From positions 6,408-70,407 of the IMG/VR virus record IMGVR_UViG_3300033182_001206: a stretch of DNA of 64,000 nt; one strand, 5' to 3'. The notes below the pieces were generated by a model. The model had not been told where the DNA came from and did no database searches. It worked only from the letters and a program-made list of their open reading frames with translations. The translations under genes and the position numbers were made by a program. Below are positions 29,076 to 38,285 of this stretch, one piece after another; positions within the stretch are counted from its first letter, which is position 1, and every line of letters starts with the position of its first letter. The stretch is from a virus.

Positions 29076-29953
29076 TCCTCTCTTATTTCTTTGATACGTT
29101 GTCTAATGTTTGCTTCATCATACACAACACGAAATCTTTTTTTGAATTCTGGATCTTCGCTGACTTTTTGATTTCCTTGGTTGCTGCGTCTAAACATACT
29201 AATACCACAGTTATGCCATAGCCATCTATAGTTTTCTTTTAGCAAATCATTGCTGTAGTCTTTTATGACAAAATGTTCATATTTTTTGCTCATGCGCTGT
29301 GCCCACGCTGTCCAAAACAGTTCATCTTGGCAAAACTTTTTGATTGTACCGTTGCCGGTTATCCATTCAATATCTTGGATGTCAGTGGCTTCTGCATAGG
29401 TTTCTTCTTTGTTTTCGTCTGTGTAGTTCCATATATTGGTTTGTCTGCTGCTGTTGCCGCTGATGATAATATCTGCAATGGGCCGGTAACAGTATATGAA
29501 CAGATCCGAATGACGTACACAGTTTTCCATTGTGTCGTCCCAATAGGTCATTTGTCGCAGTGTGTCATCCCATTTGGCGGGCTGAGGATCAGGCCATGTA
29601 ACACTGTGATCCAATATCAATTTGGTAACCCAGCGTTCTTGTGTGCTGTACAGTTGTTCAAATCTATCTTCAACCGTGCGTTTGAAAGCAGGGCCGCCTT
29701 TGGTGAAGTCATCGGTTTTTTGAGGATACATTCTCCAGTGTACACCTGGTTCAGCTTTGGGACCATGATATTTTTGATTATCTACCTGTTTGAATTCGCC
29801 ATCTTGTGTTATTTCGCCAGTATATGGTGCATCAGCATTGCTCAGTGCATTTGCAAAAAAACTAGTGCCGCTGCGAGTAGGTCCTGCAATCACAATACGA
29901 TTGAACTTTCGAGTAGCCAAGCTACTCAAATGATTCCATTTGGTTTTTCTCAT
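29054..29953 (-). CDS. Sulfotransferase-like protein
   Basis: IAGPTRSGTSFF loop. Confidence 0.55.
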   Translation of the reverse strand: MRKTKWNHLSSLATRKFNRIVIAGPTRSGTSFFANALSNADAPYTGEITQDGEFKQVDNQKYHGPKAEPGVHWRMYPQKTDDFTKGGPAFKRTVEDRFEQLYSTQERWVTKLILDHSVTWPDPQPAKWDDTLRQMTYWDDTMENCVRHSDLFIYCYRPIADIIISGNSSRQTNIWNYTDENKEETYAEATDIQDIEWITGNGTIKKFCQDELFWTAWAQRMSKKYEHFVIKDYSNDLLKENYRWLWHNCGISMFRRSNQGNQKVSEDPEFKKRFRVVYDEANIRQRIKEIREEWACEQQ

Positions 29954-31104
29954 ACTTGTACAGGTCCTGTTATTTCAGTGTTTATCACAGTGCCTTGGGG
30001 ATTCAACATGCTGTTGCCCCAGCTGTTCTTTCTGCTGTGGTTCCATTCTATGTTGGGCCAATTTTCAAAGCCAGCGACAACTCTACCCAACGGCGGCGGT
30101 TGTAGTATACTCAAATCATGTGGCATACCATAGCTGTCAAGCCAGGCTCTTGCTGTGTCTGTGTGCCACCATTTTGCATACATTTTACTGGGCATGATTG
30201 TGAATCCGCCGTTGATGTGATCAAAATTTTCAATGTCCCATTCCATTGGATCATCAAACTCATGATAACACTGAAAATAATCTTTTCCAGTGATGCTTTT
30301 GCAAAAGTATACATCATATGCATCTGGATCATAATCACAATACTGCTGCATGTTTTTTCTTATTTTAGGAGAAAAATATCCTTTGTGACCATTTTCATCA
30401 TAGGTGTCCCATTCAACTTCAAGATATTCGCAATTGCGTATACCGTGCAGTTCCAGTTGTTCTGTGCCACGTTCGTTTGCACTTACATCTTCGTAAACGT
30501 GCACATACTTGTTGATGCGTTCCAGTGTGTGATGAAATTCTCTGTTGAACGGTGTAGGACCCAACCACCAAGGTTTGCGATAATCAAAATTGCCATTGTC
30601 ACCACGAAGTTCTTCAGGTACATCGTCACCAGGACGCAGTGTTGTTTCTGTCCATGAAAAATAGTCTCTAATTTGATTGTAAAGATCTACCTCTGGATTG
30701 TGATGATACTTGAGTGCCAACAACTGTTCTCGTGTAGCACCATGCCAACGCCAGGCTTTTCTGCTGGCCAATCCAGTTGTAAAACAACGGTGGATTGCAT
30801 TTGTATCACTCCAAGTCATGCCTTCAAATGCACGATAGGGAAATTCAAACCCAAACTGTTCTTCCAGTGCATCAATACTGTTGTTGATTTCTTGTACAGC
30901 ATTGCGTTTGATATCGCCAAGTCCGCTTTGGCCTTGTCTATTGATACCATGATAAAACAACAATCCTAGTCTACTTAGAAAGTTGTTGCCCACTGTTTCT
31001 TTGACTGTGTTGTGAGTATCTATCCATTGATCAACCAATGGATTATCAATAAGTTCAATTTCGCAGACTGTGCCTGCTTCAAATTCTACATGTAAGGTTC
31101 TCAA
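29950..31104 (-). CDS. Hypothetical protein, NxxHR/GKD family, copy 1
   Basis: Long ORF; motifs shared with 34813-35757 and 37302-38285; TTG start. Confidence 0.7.
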   Translation of the reverse strand: MRTLHVEFEAGTVCEIELIDNPLVDQWIDTHNTVKETVGNNFLSRLGLLFYHGINRQGQSGLGDIKRNAVQEINNSIDALEEQFGFEFPYRAFEGMTWSDTNAIHRCFTTGLASRKAWRWHGATREQLLALKYHHNPEVDLYNQIRDYFSWTETTLRPGDDVPEELRGDNGNFDYRKPWWLGPTPFNREFHHTLERINKYVHVYEDVSANERGTEQLELHGIRNCEYLEVEWDTYDENGHKGYFSPKIRKNMQQYCDYDPDAYDVYFCKSITGKDYFQCYHEFDDPMEWDIENFDHINGGFTIMPSKMYAKWWHTDTARAWLDSYGMPHDLSILQPPPLGRVVAGFENWPNIEWNHSRKNSWGNSMLNPQGTVINTEITGPVQV

Positions 31105-31125
31105 TATAGACTTCCTTTATTGTTC

Positions 31126-31154
31126 AGTATATATTTATATTGTGAAAAAGTCAA
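31126..31154 (-). promoter_or_regulatory. Sigma70-like promoter with an embedded TATAAATA (T4 late consensus)
   Basis: Minus strand TTGACT-N17-TATACT; TATAAATA at 31132-31139 ends the spacer. Confidence 0.72.
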
Positions 31155-31169
31155 GCGGTAAATATTGGT

Positions 31170-31892
31170 ATGGATCTAAAAGAACGCATTCTCACCGATG
31201 GCTGGATCATTATGGAACGGTTTTTAGATCAAGAACTAGTTCTACAGTTGCAAGAGTTGGTGCAACGTTTACCCGGAATAAAAGGCCAAGCACTGAGCGG
31301 CAGATGGTATCATCAAGGTCAACGTCCAGATGATTATCGCACAGCTATTGAGGAGGGTATTGACTGGGCACACTACTGGACTGCACAGCTTCAAGGTGAG
31401 GAATATGGAGAAATTGTACAGGTAAAACAACAGTTGGCACCCGTGGTAGATCAACTGCTGGATCAGTGGCACTGGTGGTGTGTGGATTATCACGTGGCCC
31501 GTCCTGGCAGTGATTATGTGCACAGTCACATGGATACACCCTATCAATTTGAACCGTGGGCACAGTATCGCAGTTTATTGGGTGCACAAATACTCATAGC
31601 TGTTGACGATTTTACAGTGGAGAATGGTGCAACTGCGTTTGTGCCTGGAAGTCATTGCGATGAGTTTGACATTGACAAAATCAACAAAAAATACTATAAT
31701 AAGTATCTATTAGAACACAGTCAACAGTTTGTTGCACCAGCTGGCAGTGTGTTGCTGTATCATCCTCGTACACTGCACAGTACAATGCCAAACACCAGTG
31801 AACACAGCAGATCAGCATTGCTGTTGAATGCAGTGCATCACAACATTGTAGAAGGTCTCAAGCAATACGATCGTGACTGTTTCGTAGGATAA
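31170..31892 (+). CDS. PhyH-family Fe(II)/2OG dioxygenase, copy 2
   Basis: HMD, AVDDFTVENGATAFVPGSH, GSVLLYH..LHSTMPN..RSA. Confidence 0.9.
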   Translation: MDLKERILTDGWIIMERFLDQELVLQLQELVQRLPGIKGQALSGRWYHQGQRPDDYRTAIEEGIDWAHYWTAQLQGEEYGEIVQVKQQLAPVVDQLLDQWHWWCVDYHVARPGSDYVHSHMDTPYQFEPWAQYRSLLGAQILIAVDDFTVENGATAFVPGSHCDEFDIDKINKKYYNKYLLEHSQQFVAPAGSVLLYHPRTLHSTMPNTSEHSRSALLLNAVHHNIVEGLKQYDRDCFVG

Positions 31893-31895
31893 AAT

Positions 31896-32780
31896 ATGAA
31901 AAAAAGAATATTGGTAACCGGCAGTGCTGGGTTTATTGGCAGACATTTGGTCCACAGCCTTGAACAAGATTATGCAGTAGTTCATGCTGATCTACTCACA
32001 GGTACAGATTTGTGTGATCCTCAAGCTGTGGCTGAGTTACCTGATGTAGATTTGATTTATCATTTGGCAATGGTGAACAACACCAGTGCATTTTACACAC
32101 AGCCTTACACTATTATACAAAACAGTGTGTTGCCGCTGCACAACATACTCAAACGATATCCGGGTGTACCTACGGTGTACACCAGCAGCAGCGAAACATA
32201 TGCAGGTGGATTTGCCTTGGGCACAGTGCCAATTCCAACACCAGAAACAGTGCCATTGACCATTGATGATATTACCAATCCTCGGTGGAGTTATGCCAGT
32301 AGCAAAATACTAGGCGAAAGTCAAGTGATAAGTGCAGGTGTTGAATTTGGCACACCATGGCGTATTGTACGCTATCACAATGTATACGGACCAGGACAGC
32401 GCAATCATTTTTTACCAGAATTTATTGATCGTTGTTTAGAGGGTAGATATGAACTATACGGACACAGTGCAACTCGCAGTTGGTGTTACGTCACAGATGC
32501 TGTAGCTGCTACACTCCGGGTTGCTGAATCAGGAGAGGATGGTAACATATATCACATTGGTGCTGAAAATGAAGTTTCAGTACTGGAGGTTGCACAACAA
32601 ATAATGAAAAAACTGGGCTGCGAAGGGGAACTAACGCTGCACCCGGAACCCGAAGGAAGTGTACAGCGCAGATGCCCAGATATACAAAAGATAAAACAAC
32701 TAGGATACAATCCGCAGGTAGATGTCAGCACAGGATTGGATCAATTATTGGAGAAAGATTATGGTATTATCAGTAAGTGA
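31896..32780 (+). CDS. NAD-dependent NDP-sugar epimerase/dehydratase (extended SDR)
   Basis: TGSAGFIG, TSSSETY, YASSK, RYHNVYGP. Confidence 0.92.
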   Translation: MKKRILVTGSAGFIGRHLVHSLEQDYAVVHADLLTGTDLCDPQAVAELPDVDLIYHLAMVNNTSAFYTQPYTIIQNSVLPLHNILKRYPGVPTVYTSSSETYAGGFALGTVPIPTPETVPLTIDDITNPRWSYASSKILGESQVISAGVEFGTPWRIVRYHNVYGPGQRNHFLPEFIDRCLEGRYELYGHSATRSWCYVTDAVAATLRVAESGEDGNIYHIGAENEVSVLEVAQQIMKKLGCEGELTLHPEPEGSVQRRCPDIQKIKQLGYNPQVDVSTGLDQLLEKDYGIISK

Positions 32781-33264
32781 CAGCATGATGGGGAAACAGG
32801 CATTTTATCCTGCAGAGCAGGGTGAAGTAAATTTGGTTATGATTATTTGCAATCATTGTCCATATGTGCTGTTCAGAATGCCAGCGATCAGTCAACTGGT
32901 CAAAGACTACCGAGATCGTGTACGCTGTTTTGCAATCAACAGCAACGACCACAGTCGTTATGCAGAAGATGCACCAGAGCTTATGCCCGAATTTCAAGAA
33001 AAATGGGATCTGCAATGTGATTACATACACGACAGCGATCAGAGTATTGCACGTGCATACGGAGCAGTGTGCACACCAGAATTTTATGTGGTTGATAGAG
33101 ACGGTGTGATTGTGTATCACGGAGAATTGGATCCTGCTCATACCAGCAACGATCTTGTGCCCACTGGCAGCAGTTTGCGTCATGCATTGGATCTAACACT
33201 AGCAGGTAAACCCGTCACATGGGAACCCAATCCCAGCTTTGGATGCAGTGTAAAATGGCGATAA
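32761..33264 (+). CDS. Thioredoxin-fold AhpC/TSA-like protein
   Basis: ICNHCPYV (CxxC), AINSND, YGAVCTPEF, PSFGCSVKW; ATG 32761 preferred. Confidence 0.88.
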   Translation: MVLSVSDSMMGKQAFYPAEQGEVNLVMIICNHCPYVLFRMPAISQLVKDYRDRVRCFAINSNDHSRYAEDAPELMPEFQEKWDLQCDYIHDSDQSIARAYGAVCTPEFYVVDRDGVIVYHGELDPAHTSNDLVPTGSSLRHALDLTLAGKPVTWEPNPSFGCSVKWR

Positions 33265-34034
33265 GAAAAAGTCATAGATTTCGCAGCGGAGATTATGCTG
33301 CAAGCAAACGCTGGGACCAAAACGGAGACTGGCGCAACTATGGTGACATAGAAGATTGGAAAAAACGTGCCACTGTGAGAATGAGTGCTATTAGCAGCCA
33401 CGGACAGGCAGAGGCTGTGGATCTTCTCAGCACAGTTGAACATGTAAAAACCGCAGGACTAGCAGGCGACTTTGTAGAATGCGGTGTATACATGGGAGGC
33501 AGCAGTGCAGAAATGATATATGCTGCTGGATTGCTGGACATGGACAAAAACATGTGGATGTACGACACTTACGATGGTGTTCCTGAACCCGACGAATCAG
33601 ACACCATAGAGTTTGGCAACAAACAAATAAGAAGCACACTGGAATGGTGGCGAGAAAACAAACAAGATGAAAACGGCGAAAGTGCTTGGTGCTATGCTAC
33701 ACTGGAAGATGTACAACAAAACATTCAAGAATTCACTGAAGGTTGCGGATATCGTGGTTCAGTACGTTATGTAAAAGGATTGGTACAGGATACAATTCCC
33801 CTGGAAGCACCTGAAAAAATCAGCATATTGAGAGTAGACGTTGACCTAACAGAACCTACCATGCACGTGTTGAAATGGCTGTATCCACGTGTTGTATCGG
33901 GCGGACACATTATATTAGACGACTATGGAAAGTTTCCCAGCGTAAAAGCTGCGGTGGACGAGTTTTTGGATACAAAAGGAAATCCATACATTTACCGAGT
34001 AAATTACAATTGTAGGCATATTGTAAAACCATGA
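33255..34034 (+). CDS. TylF/MycF/NovP-family sugar O-methyltransferase
   Basis: GDFVECGVYMGGS, YDTYDG, VKGL, RVDVD, IILDDYG. Confidence 0.92.
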   Translation: MAIRKSHRFRSGDYAASKRWDQNGDWRNYGDIEDWKKRATVRMSAISSHGQAEAVDLLSTVEHVKTAGLAGDFVECGVYMGGSSAEMIYAAGLLDMDKNMWMYDTYDGVPEPDESDTIEFGNKQIRSTLEWWRENKQDENGESAWCYATLEDVQQNIQEFTEGCGYRGSVRYVKGLVQDTIPLEAPEKISILRVDVDLTEPTMHVLKWLYPRVVSGGHIILDDYGKFPSVKAAVDEFLDTKGNPYIYRVNYNCRHIVKP

Positions 34035-34816
34035 AGATAGGAATAATTGGATTAGGTGTTGTAGGTAGTGCATGTCGTGCAGGTTTTGAACGATTGGGCT
34101 ACACTGTGAGTGTGCACGACATAGCACTAAAAACCACAATTGAATCAGTCATGGATACTGAAATTGTTTATGTTTGTGTTCCTACACCCAGTAACCCAGA
34201 TGGAAGTTGTAATACAGACATTGTGGTCAGCGTTGTTGAGAGTTTAGCAGACTACCAGGGTGTGATTGCAATCAAAAGCACAGTATCGCCAGGCACTACA
34301 CAACAGTTGATTGATCAGTTTGGTGACCATATTGTGTTTGTGCCTGAGTTTCTCAAAGAACGCAGTGCTGAATATGATTTTGTTTTTGATCACAGACTGC
34401 TGCTGGTAGGCACAGAAAATGTAAATCATTATTATCTAGTACAGCGCAGTCATGGTGCATTGCCACAGCAAACACAGCGTGTAAGTCCAACTGAAGCAGA
34501 ATTCGTCAAATACTATCACAACAGTTTCAATGCATTGCGTGTGGTATTTGCAAATGTATTTTACGAAATGACAACCAGCATGGCGGCCAACTATGATACA
34601 GTAAAACAGGCTGCACTTAGTGCAGGCAATGTACCAGATGAATATCTTGATGTCAAGCCCGAACTGCGTGGATATGCAGGTGCATGTTTGCCAAAAGACG
34701 TGCTGGCATTGCAGCACTTCTGCGACAGCAACAACTTGGCTTTTGAATTGTTTGATGCCATGCACCGAGAAAACGAAAAATTCAAAAAAACTGTATACAA
34801 AGGAATGAGATTATGA
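34031..34816 (+). CDS. UDP-glucose/GDP-mannose dehydrogenase-family protein, short form
   Basis: GIIGLGVVG, VCVPTP, KSTV, PEFLKE, AEFVKY, GYAGACLPKD (catalytic Cys); no C-terminal UDP-binding domain. Confidence 0.88.
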   Translation: MKIGIIGLGVVGSACRAGFERLGYTVSVHDIALKTTIESVMDTEIVYVCVPTPSNPDGSCNTDIVVSVVESLADYQGVIAIKSTVSPGTTQQLIDQFGDHIVFVPEFLKERSAEYDFVFDHRLLLVGTENVNHYYLVQRSHGALPQQTQRVSPTEAEFVKYYHNSFNALRVVFANVFYEMTTSMAANYDTVKQAALSAGNVPDEYLDVKPELRGYAGACLPKDVLALQHFCDSNNLAFELFDAMHRENEKFKKTVYKGMRL

Positions 34817-35757
34817 AACTGCAGGTAACGCTAACTGATGGAACAGAATTTGGTATTGATCTAGTGGAGCATGAATTTGTACACGAATGGGCTCGTCGTG
34901 TTGTACAGTTTCCCATAAAGAAAACTCACCGTACAAGAATAACCGGCTACGGCAGTGGCAGTGATGAACGTGACAGCAACATGTACCAACAACGATGTGC
35001 AGAACTGATTGCAGGATTGACCCGTCTGCGTGATGATTATGCAGTCACAGTGCCCGATCAATATTTTTCGCCACCCGCTGCTGATGCTGACAGTGCAGCA
35101 AAACAGAATTACTGCAACACTGTGCATCGTTGGGTTGTGTTTACACAGAAAAATTGGCCACATCCAGATGGCAATCAAAGTGCAATTGAACTTATCCACA
35201 ACAACAAAGATCATAATATACCCGGCGGATTGTTCAACACGCTAAATGGAGCAGTGCACACACTGGAAGGCACTTACAGAAAGCCCAGAGAAAGTTTGTT
35301 GGATCCCGCATTGGTAACTGAACAATGGTACTGGGATACTGAATTTGTTCATGAAAACTGGCGAGACAGATACTATGTGAGAAAAGAATGGGCGGACTTT
35401 AGACCCGGTATTGAATCATTGTTGACCAACAGACATCACACTGTTTGGTTTGCCAAACGCATATTGGGCAAAGACTTTAGAGAAGTGTGGATCGACGATG
35501 ACGATCCTACACAACCAGAAGTTGTCAATTTTGATGATCACTTGCAATATGCGTTTGAAATTGATCTAAACAATAGACAACAGTTTTATAACGGTTCAGC
35601 ATTTAGAAAGTGGTTGTCCGATTGGGACATCAAATATCAAAAAAGCAGAATGGGCAGAGTTCCCATTGGCAATGTAGACTGCAATCAAACACAGTTACAG
35701 GAAAAAATAAATGACCTCACTATCCAAATCGCAAAATTGCACATTGATGACGCCTGA
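34813..35757 (+). CDS. Hypothetical protein, NxxHR/GKD family, copy 2
   Basis: CNTVHRW, LNGAVHTLE, LGKDF, DDDP, VPIG. Confidence 0.7.
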   Translation: MKLQVTLTDGTEFGIDLVEHEFVHEWARRVVQFPIKKTHRTRITGYGSGSDERDSNMYQQRCAELIAGLTRLRDDYAVTVPDQYFSPPAADADSAAKQNYCNTVHRWVVFTQKNWPHPDGNQSAIELIHNNKDHNIPGGLFNTLNGAVHTLEGTYRKPRESLLDPALVTEQWYWDTEFVHENWRDRYYVRKEWADFRPGIESLLTNRHHTVWFAKRILGKDFREVWIDDDDPTQPEVVNFDDHLQYAFEIDLNNRQQFYNGSAFRKWLSDWDIKYQKSRMGRVPIGNVDCNQTQLQEKINDLTIQIAKLHIDDA

Positions 35758-36106
35758 TTTCTTCGAAGATCATCGAGGCACAATACGCAGTTTTTTCCCA
35801 GATGAACAGTTGGTTGAATACAACCTAATGGTAACCAACCAAGGCACTGCTCGTGGATATCATTATCATCCTCATTTCATTGAATACATGTTGATTGTAC
35901 AAGGAGAATGTTTGTTCAAAGAATACAGCAACGACACTGTGTACAACACTGTGTTGAAAACTGGAGATAGCATACGTATTCCCATTGGCACTGCACACAC
36001 ATTTGTAGCACTAACAGACTTTAGATTTGTCAGCCTGTTGACCAAACGCTGGAATGACAGCAACCCACCAATTGTAAAGATAGACGAACATGGCAAACCC
36101 ATTTGA
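35747..36106 (+). CDS. Cupin sugar epimerase/ketoisomerase (RmlC/FdtA-like)
   Basis: FEDHRG, RGYHYH, PIGTAH; ATG 35747 preferred. Confidence 0.8.
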   Translation: MTPDFFEDHRGTIRSFFPDEQLVEYNLMVTNQGTARGYHYHPHFIEYMLIVQGECLFKEYSNDTVYNTVLKTGDSIRIPIGTAHTFVALTDFRFVSLLTKRWNDSNPPIVKIDEHGKPI

Positions 36107-36698
36107 ACTGGTATCGGAATTTGAAAGACAAATAGCAGAGTACTGCGGCGCACCATATGCTGTTGCCACAGACTGTTGTACTCATGCACTATATCTAAGT
36201 CTTTATTACTATAAACAAAAGCACAACATACAACATGTAGTACTTCCTAAAAACACCTATGTCAGTGTTGCTATGCAGGCCCGTCATCTAGGATTAGAAT
36301 TGGAATTTGAATCAGTTGAATGGGAGGGTGCTTATACCATTGGCAACACCTGTGTAGTAGACAGTGCACCACGTTTGCACAGAGGATGCTATCAACCAGG
36401 CATGTATCAGTGTCTCAGTTTTCAATTCAAAAAAATACTCAGCACCGTGCGCGGTGGCATGATACTCACCGACGATGAAGAATTTTACAACTGGGCACAA
36501 CGTGCAACTCACGATGGCAGAGACATGACCATACCGTACGAAGAAGACCGTATAACATTTTTAGGGTGGCACTATTTTATGACACCCGAGACTGCCGAAC
36601 TGGGATTATCACGTTTACAGGTATTGCCCGATCACAATGACGACTGTGCAGGCAGTTATACATACCCAGATATCAGTTATGTGAGGGATTTCAATTGA
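36090..36698 (+). CDS. DegT/DnrJ/EryC1/StrS-family PLP aminotransferase, short form
   Basis: FERQIAEY.GAPYAVA, DSA, SFQFKK (PLP Lys), GGMILTDD. Confidence 0.85.
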   Translation: MANPFELVSEFERQIAEYCGAPYAVATDCCTHALYLSLYYYKQKHNIQHVVLPKNTYVSVAMQARHLGLELEFESVEWEGAYTIGNTCVVDSAPRLHRGCYQPGMYQCLSFQFKKILSTVRGGMILTDDEEFYNWAQRATHDGRDMTIPYEEDRITFLGWHYFMTPETAELGLSRLQVLPDHNDDCAGSYTYPDISYVRDFN

Positions 36699-37321
36699 AA
36701 AACATTGTGATCATAACACCAGCAAGATGTGGCAGCAGTTGGCTAACCACAGCATTTGAACAGCATCTTGGTTATAACAATTTCAATGCAGTTCTCAGTA
36801 GCAGTGTAGCAGAACAAGAAATTAGAATTGCAGGCAAAAAGATTCTAGTAAGTGGAAAAAGCACTGAAGAAAAAATTCAACTGTTGGAACAACATCAACC
36901 CTTTGTTGTAAAAGTATTCACAGACGAAATGATTGATCTTGAACTGTTGCCTGACAACACAGAATACATTTGGTTGTATAGAAAAAATCTAGCAGAACAC
37001 TGTTTGAGTTTTTGGCGGGCAAAAGAAACTGGTGTGTACAATTTGGATCGCAAACACGGCGATGTCAACTATGTTGCACCCACAGAATTGCCCACAGATG
37101 AATATTGTGCACACTATGTAAAACAGTATCTCCTGCCCAGTAAATATGCATATGAACAGTATCAGGATTGGTTCTGGACAGAAATCTCATATGAAGAACT
37201 GTTCACTGATAATCCTTGGGGATTTGCACAGGACAATGTGAACAGCAGTATCAAACTGAACACCTATACTGAGGCAGAACTGGAATATGTAAGGAAACGC
37301 ATTGATGAAAATACACTTTGA
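36695..37321 (+). CDS. Sulfotransferase-like protein
   Basis: TPARCGSSWL, LYRKN, ISYEEL; TTG start. Confidence 0.7.
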   Translation: MKNIVIITPARCGSSWLTTAFEQHLGYNNFNAVLSSSVAEQEIRIAGKKILVSGKSTEEKIQLLEQHQPFVVKVFTDEMIDLELLPDNTEYIWLYRKNLAEHCLSFWRAKETGVYNLDRKHGDVNYVAPTELPTDEYCAHYVKQYLLPSKYAYEQYQDWFWTEISYEELFTDNPWGFAQDNVNSSIKLNTYTEAELEYVRKRIDENTL

Positions 37322-38285
37322 AAATGGGCAGACAGCACACATTGAATTGCTGAAAAATGCATGGGTTGATTATTGGCGCAGTGTTGTGCAGCCATTGGAA
37401 GAGCGTGGCAAAAGAATTCACACATGGAATGAACAGTTGTGGCCACGTGAAGGTGCGCTAACAGAAAAAGAAGAAGCCATACAGCATGAACAAACTGAAT
37501 TATTCAATGCAAATGTGGATAGGCTTGCAGCGGATTACGGAATACAGTTTCCTGGTAAAATGTGGGTAGGGCAGGATCAACTGTGGTTGAACAAAATACA
37601 TCGCTGGGTAACACACGGTGCACACACAAAAGCAGTCTGGAATCTACCCAATGCCAGTCATGAAAGCATAATAGCCAGCAAACGAGGTCACTGGAGAGAT
37701 TATCAATGGCAACAGGATCACCAGTATAGAGAATTTGAAATTGCCGAAGAAAACGTAGCCGCAGTTACAAAGATTCTATTTGACATGAACTGCGAAATTC
37801 ACGAATATGAAGAAACTATTCGCAGTCCTCGTGTGAACCAATTGAGAGACATGGGATTTGAACCCACAGACGGATATCATTTGATACAAAGATATTTTGA
37901 CGACAGCAGACCAGGATACGCAGACTGCTATGATATGAATCCAGACTGGAGAAGATTTTGTTCACACGACGATTACGATCTTTGGATGCCGTTTGCTGTG
38001 TTGGGGAAAGAATATTACACTACCTGGATCAACATTGATTCGCCAGCACATTTTGACGTTACCAACATTGACAAAACTTGGTTTGCTGGATTTGAATTCC
38101 AGCCTAATAATTTTATGAATCGAGTTCTCACCAGCAATCAATTTCAAAGTTGGCTAACAGTGCATGGTATTCCAAGAGATCCACAGTTGATTGCAAAATT
38201 GCCACTGGGCACTTGTACAAACAAAGCCGATTTGAATCTTGTGGAATGTGTGCGCAGTCAAGTTACACAGGTTGAGTTTGAGTAA
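37302..38285 (+). CDS. Hypothetical protein, NxxHR/GKD family, copy 3
   Basis: LNKIHRW, MNCEIHEYE, LGKEY, LPLG. Confidence 0.7.
   Translation: MMKIHFENGQTAHIELLKNAWVDYWRSVVQPLEERGKRIHTWNEQLWPREGALTEKEEAIQHEQTELFNANVDRLAADYGIQFPGKMWVGQDQLWLNKIHRWVTHGAHTKAVWNLPNASHESIIASKRGHWRDYQWQQDHQYREFEIAEENVAAVTKILFDMNCEIHEYEETIRSPRVNQLRDMGFEPTDGYHLIQRYFDDSRPGYADCYDMNPDWRRFCSHDDYDLWMPFAVLGKEYYTTWINIDSPAHFDVTNIDKTWFAGFEFQPNNFMNRVLTSNQFQSWLTVHGIPRDPQLIAKLPLGTCTNKADLNLVECVRSQVTQVEFE

Noticed and set aside
12077-31892. TET/JBP-type DNA base hydroxylation followed by glycosylation
   Set aside because: The oxygenases show PhyH or small generic 2OG motifs rather than TET/JBP, and no DNA methylase or nucleotide kinase is nearby. 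Not fully excluded without nucleoside MS
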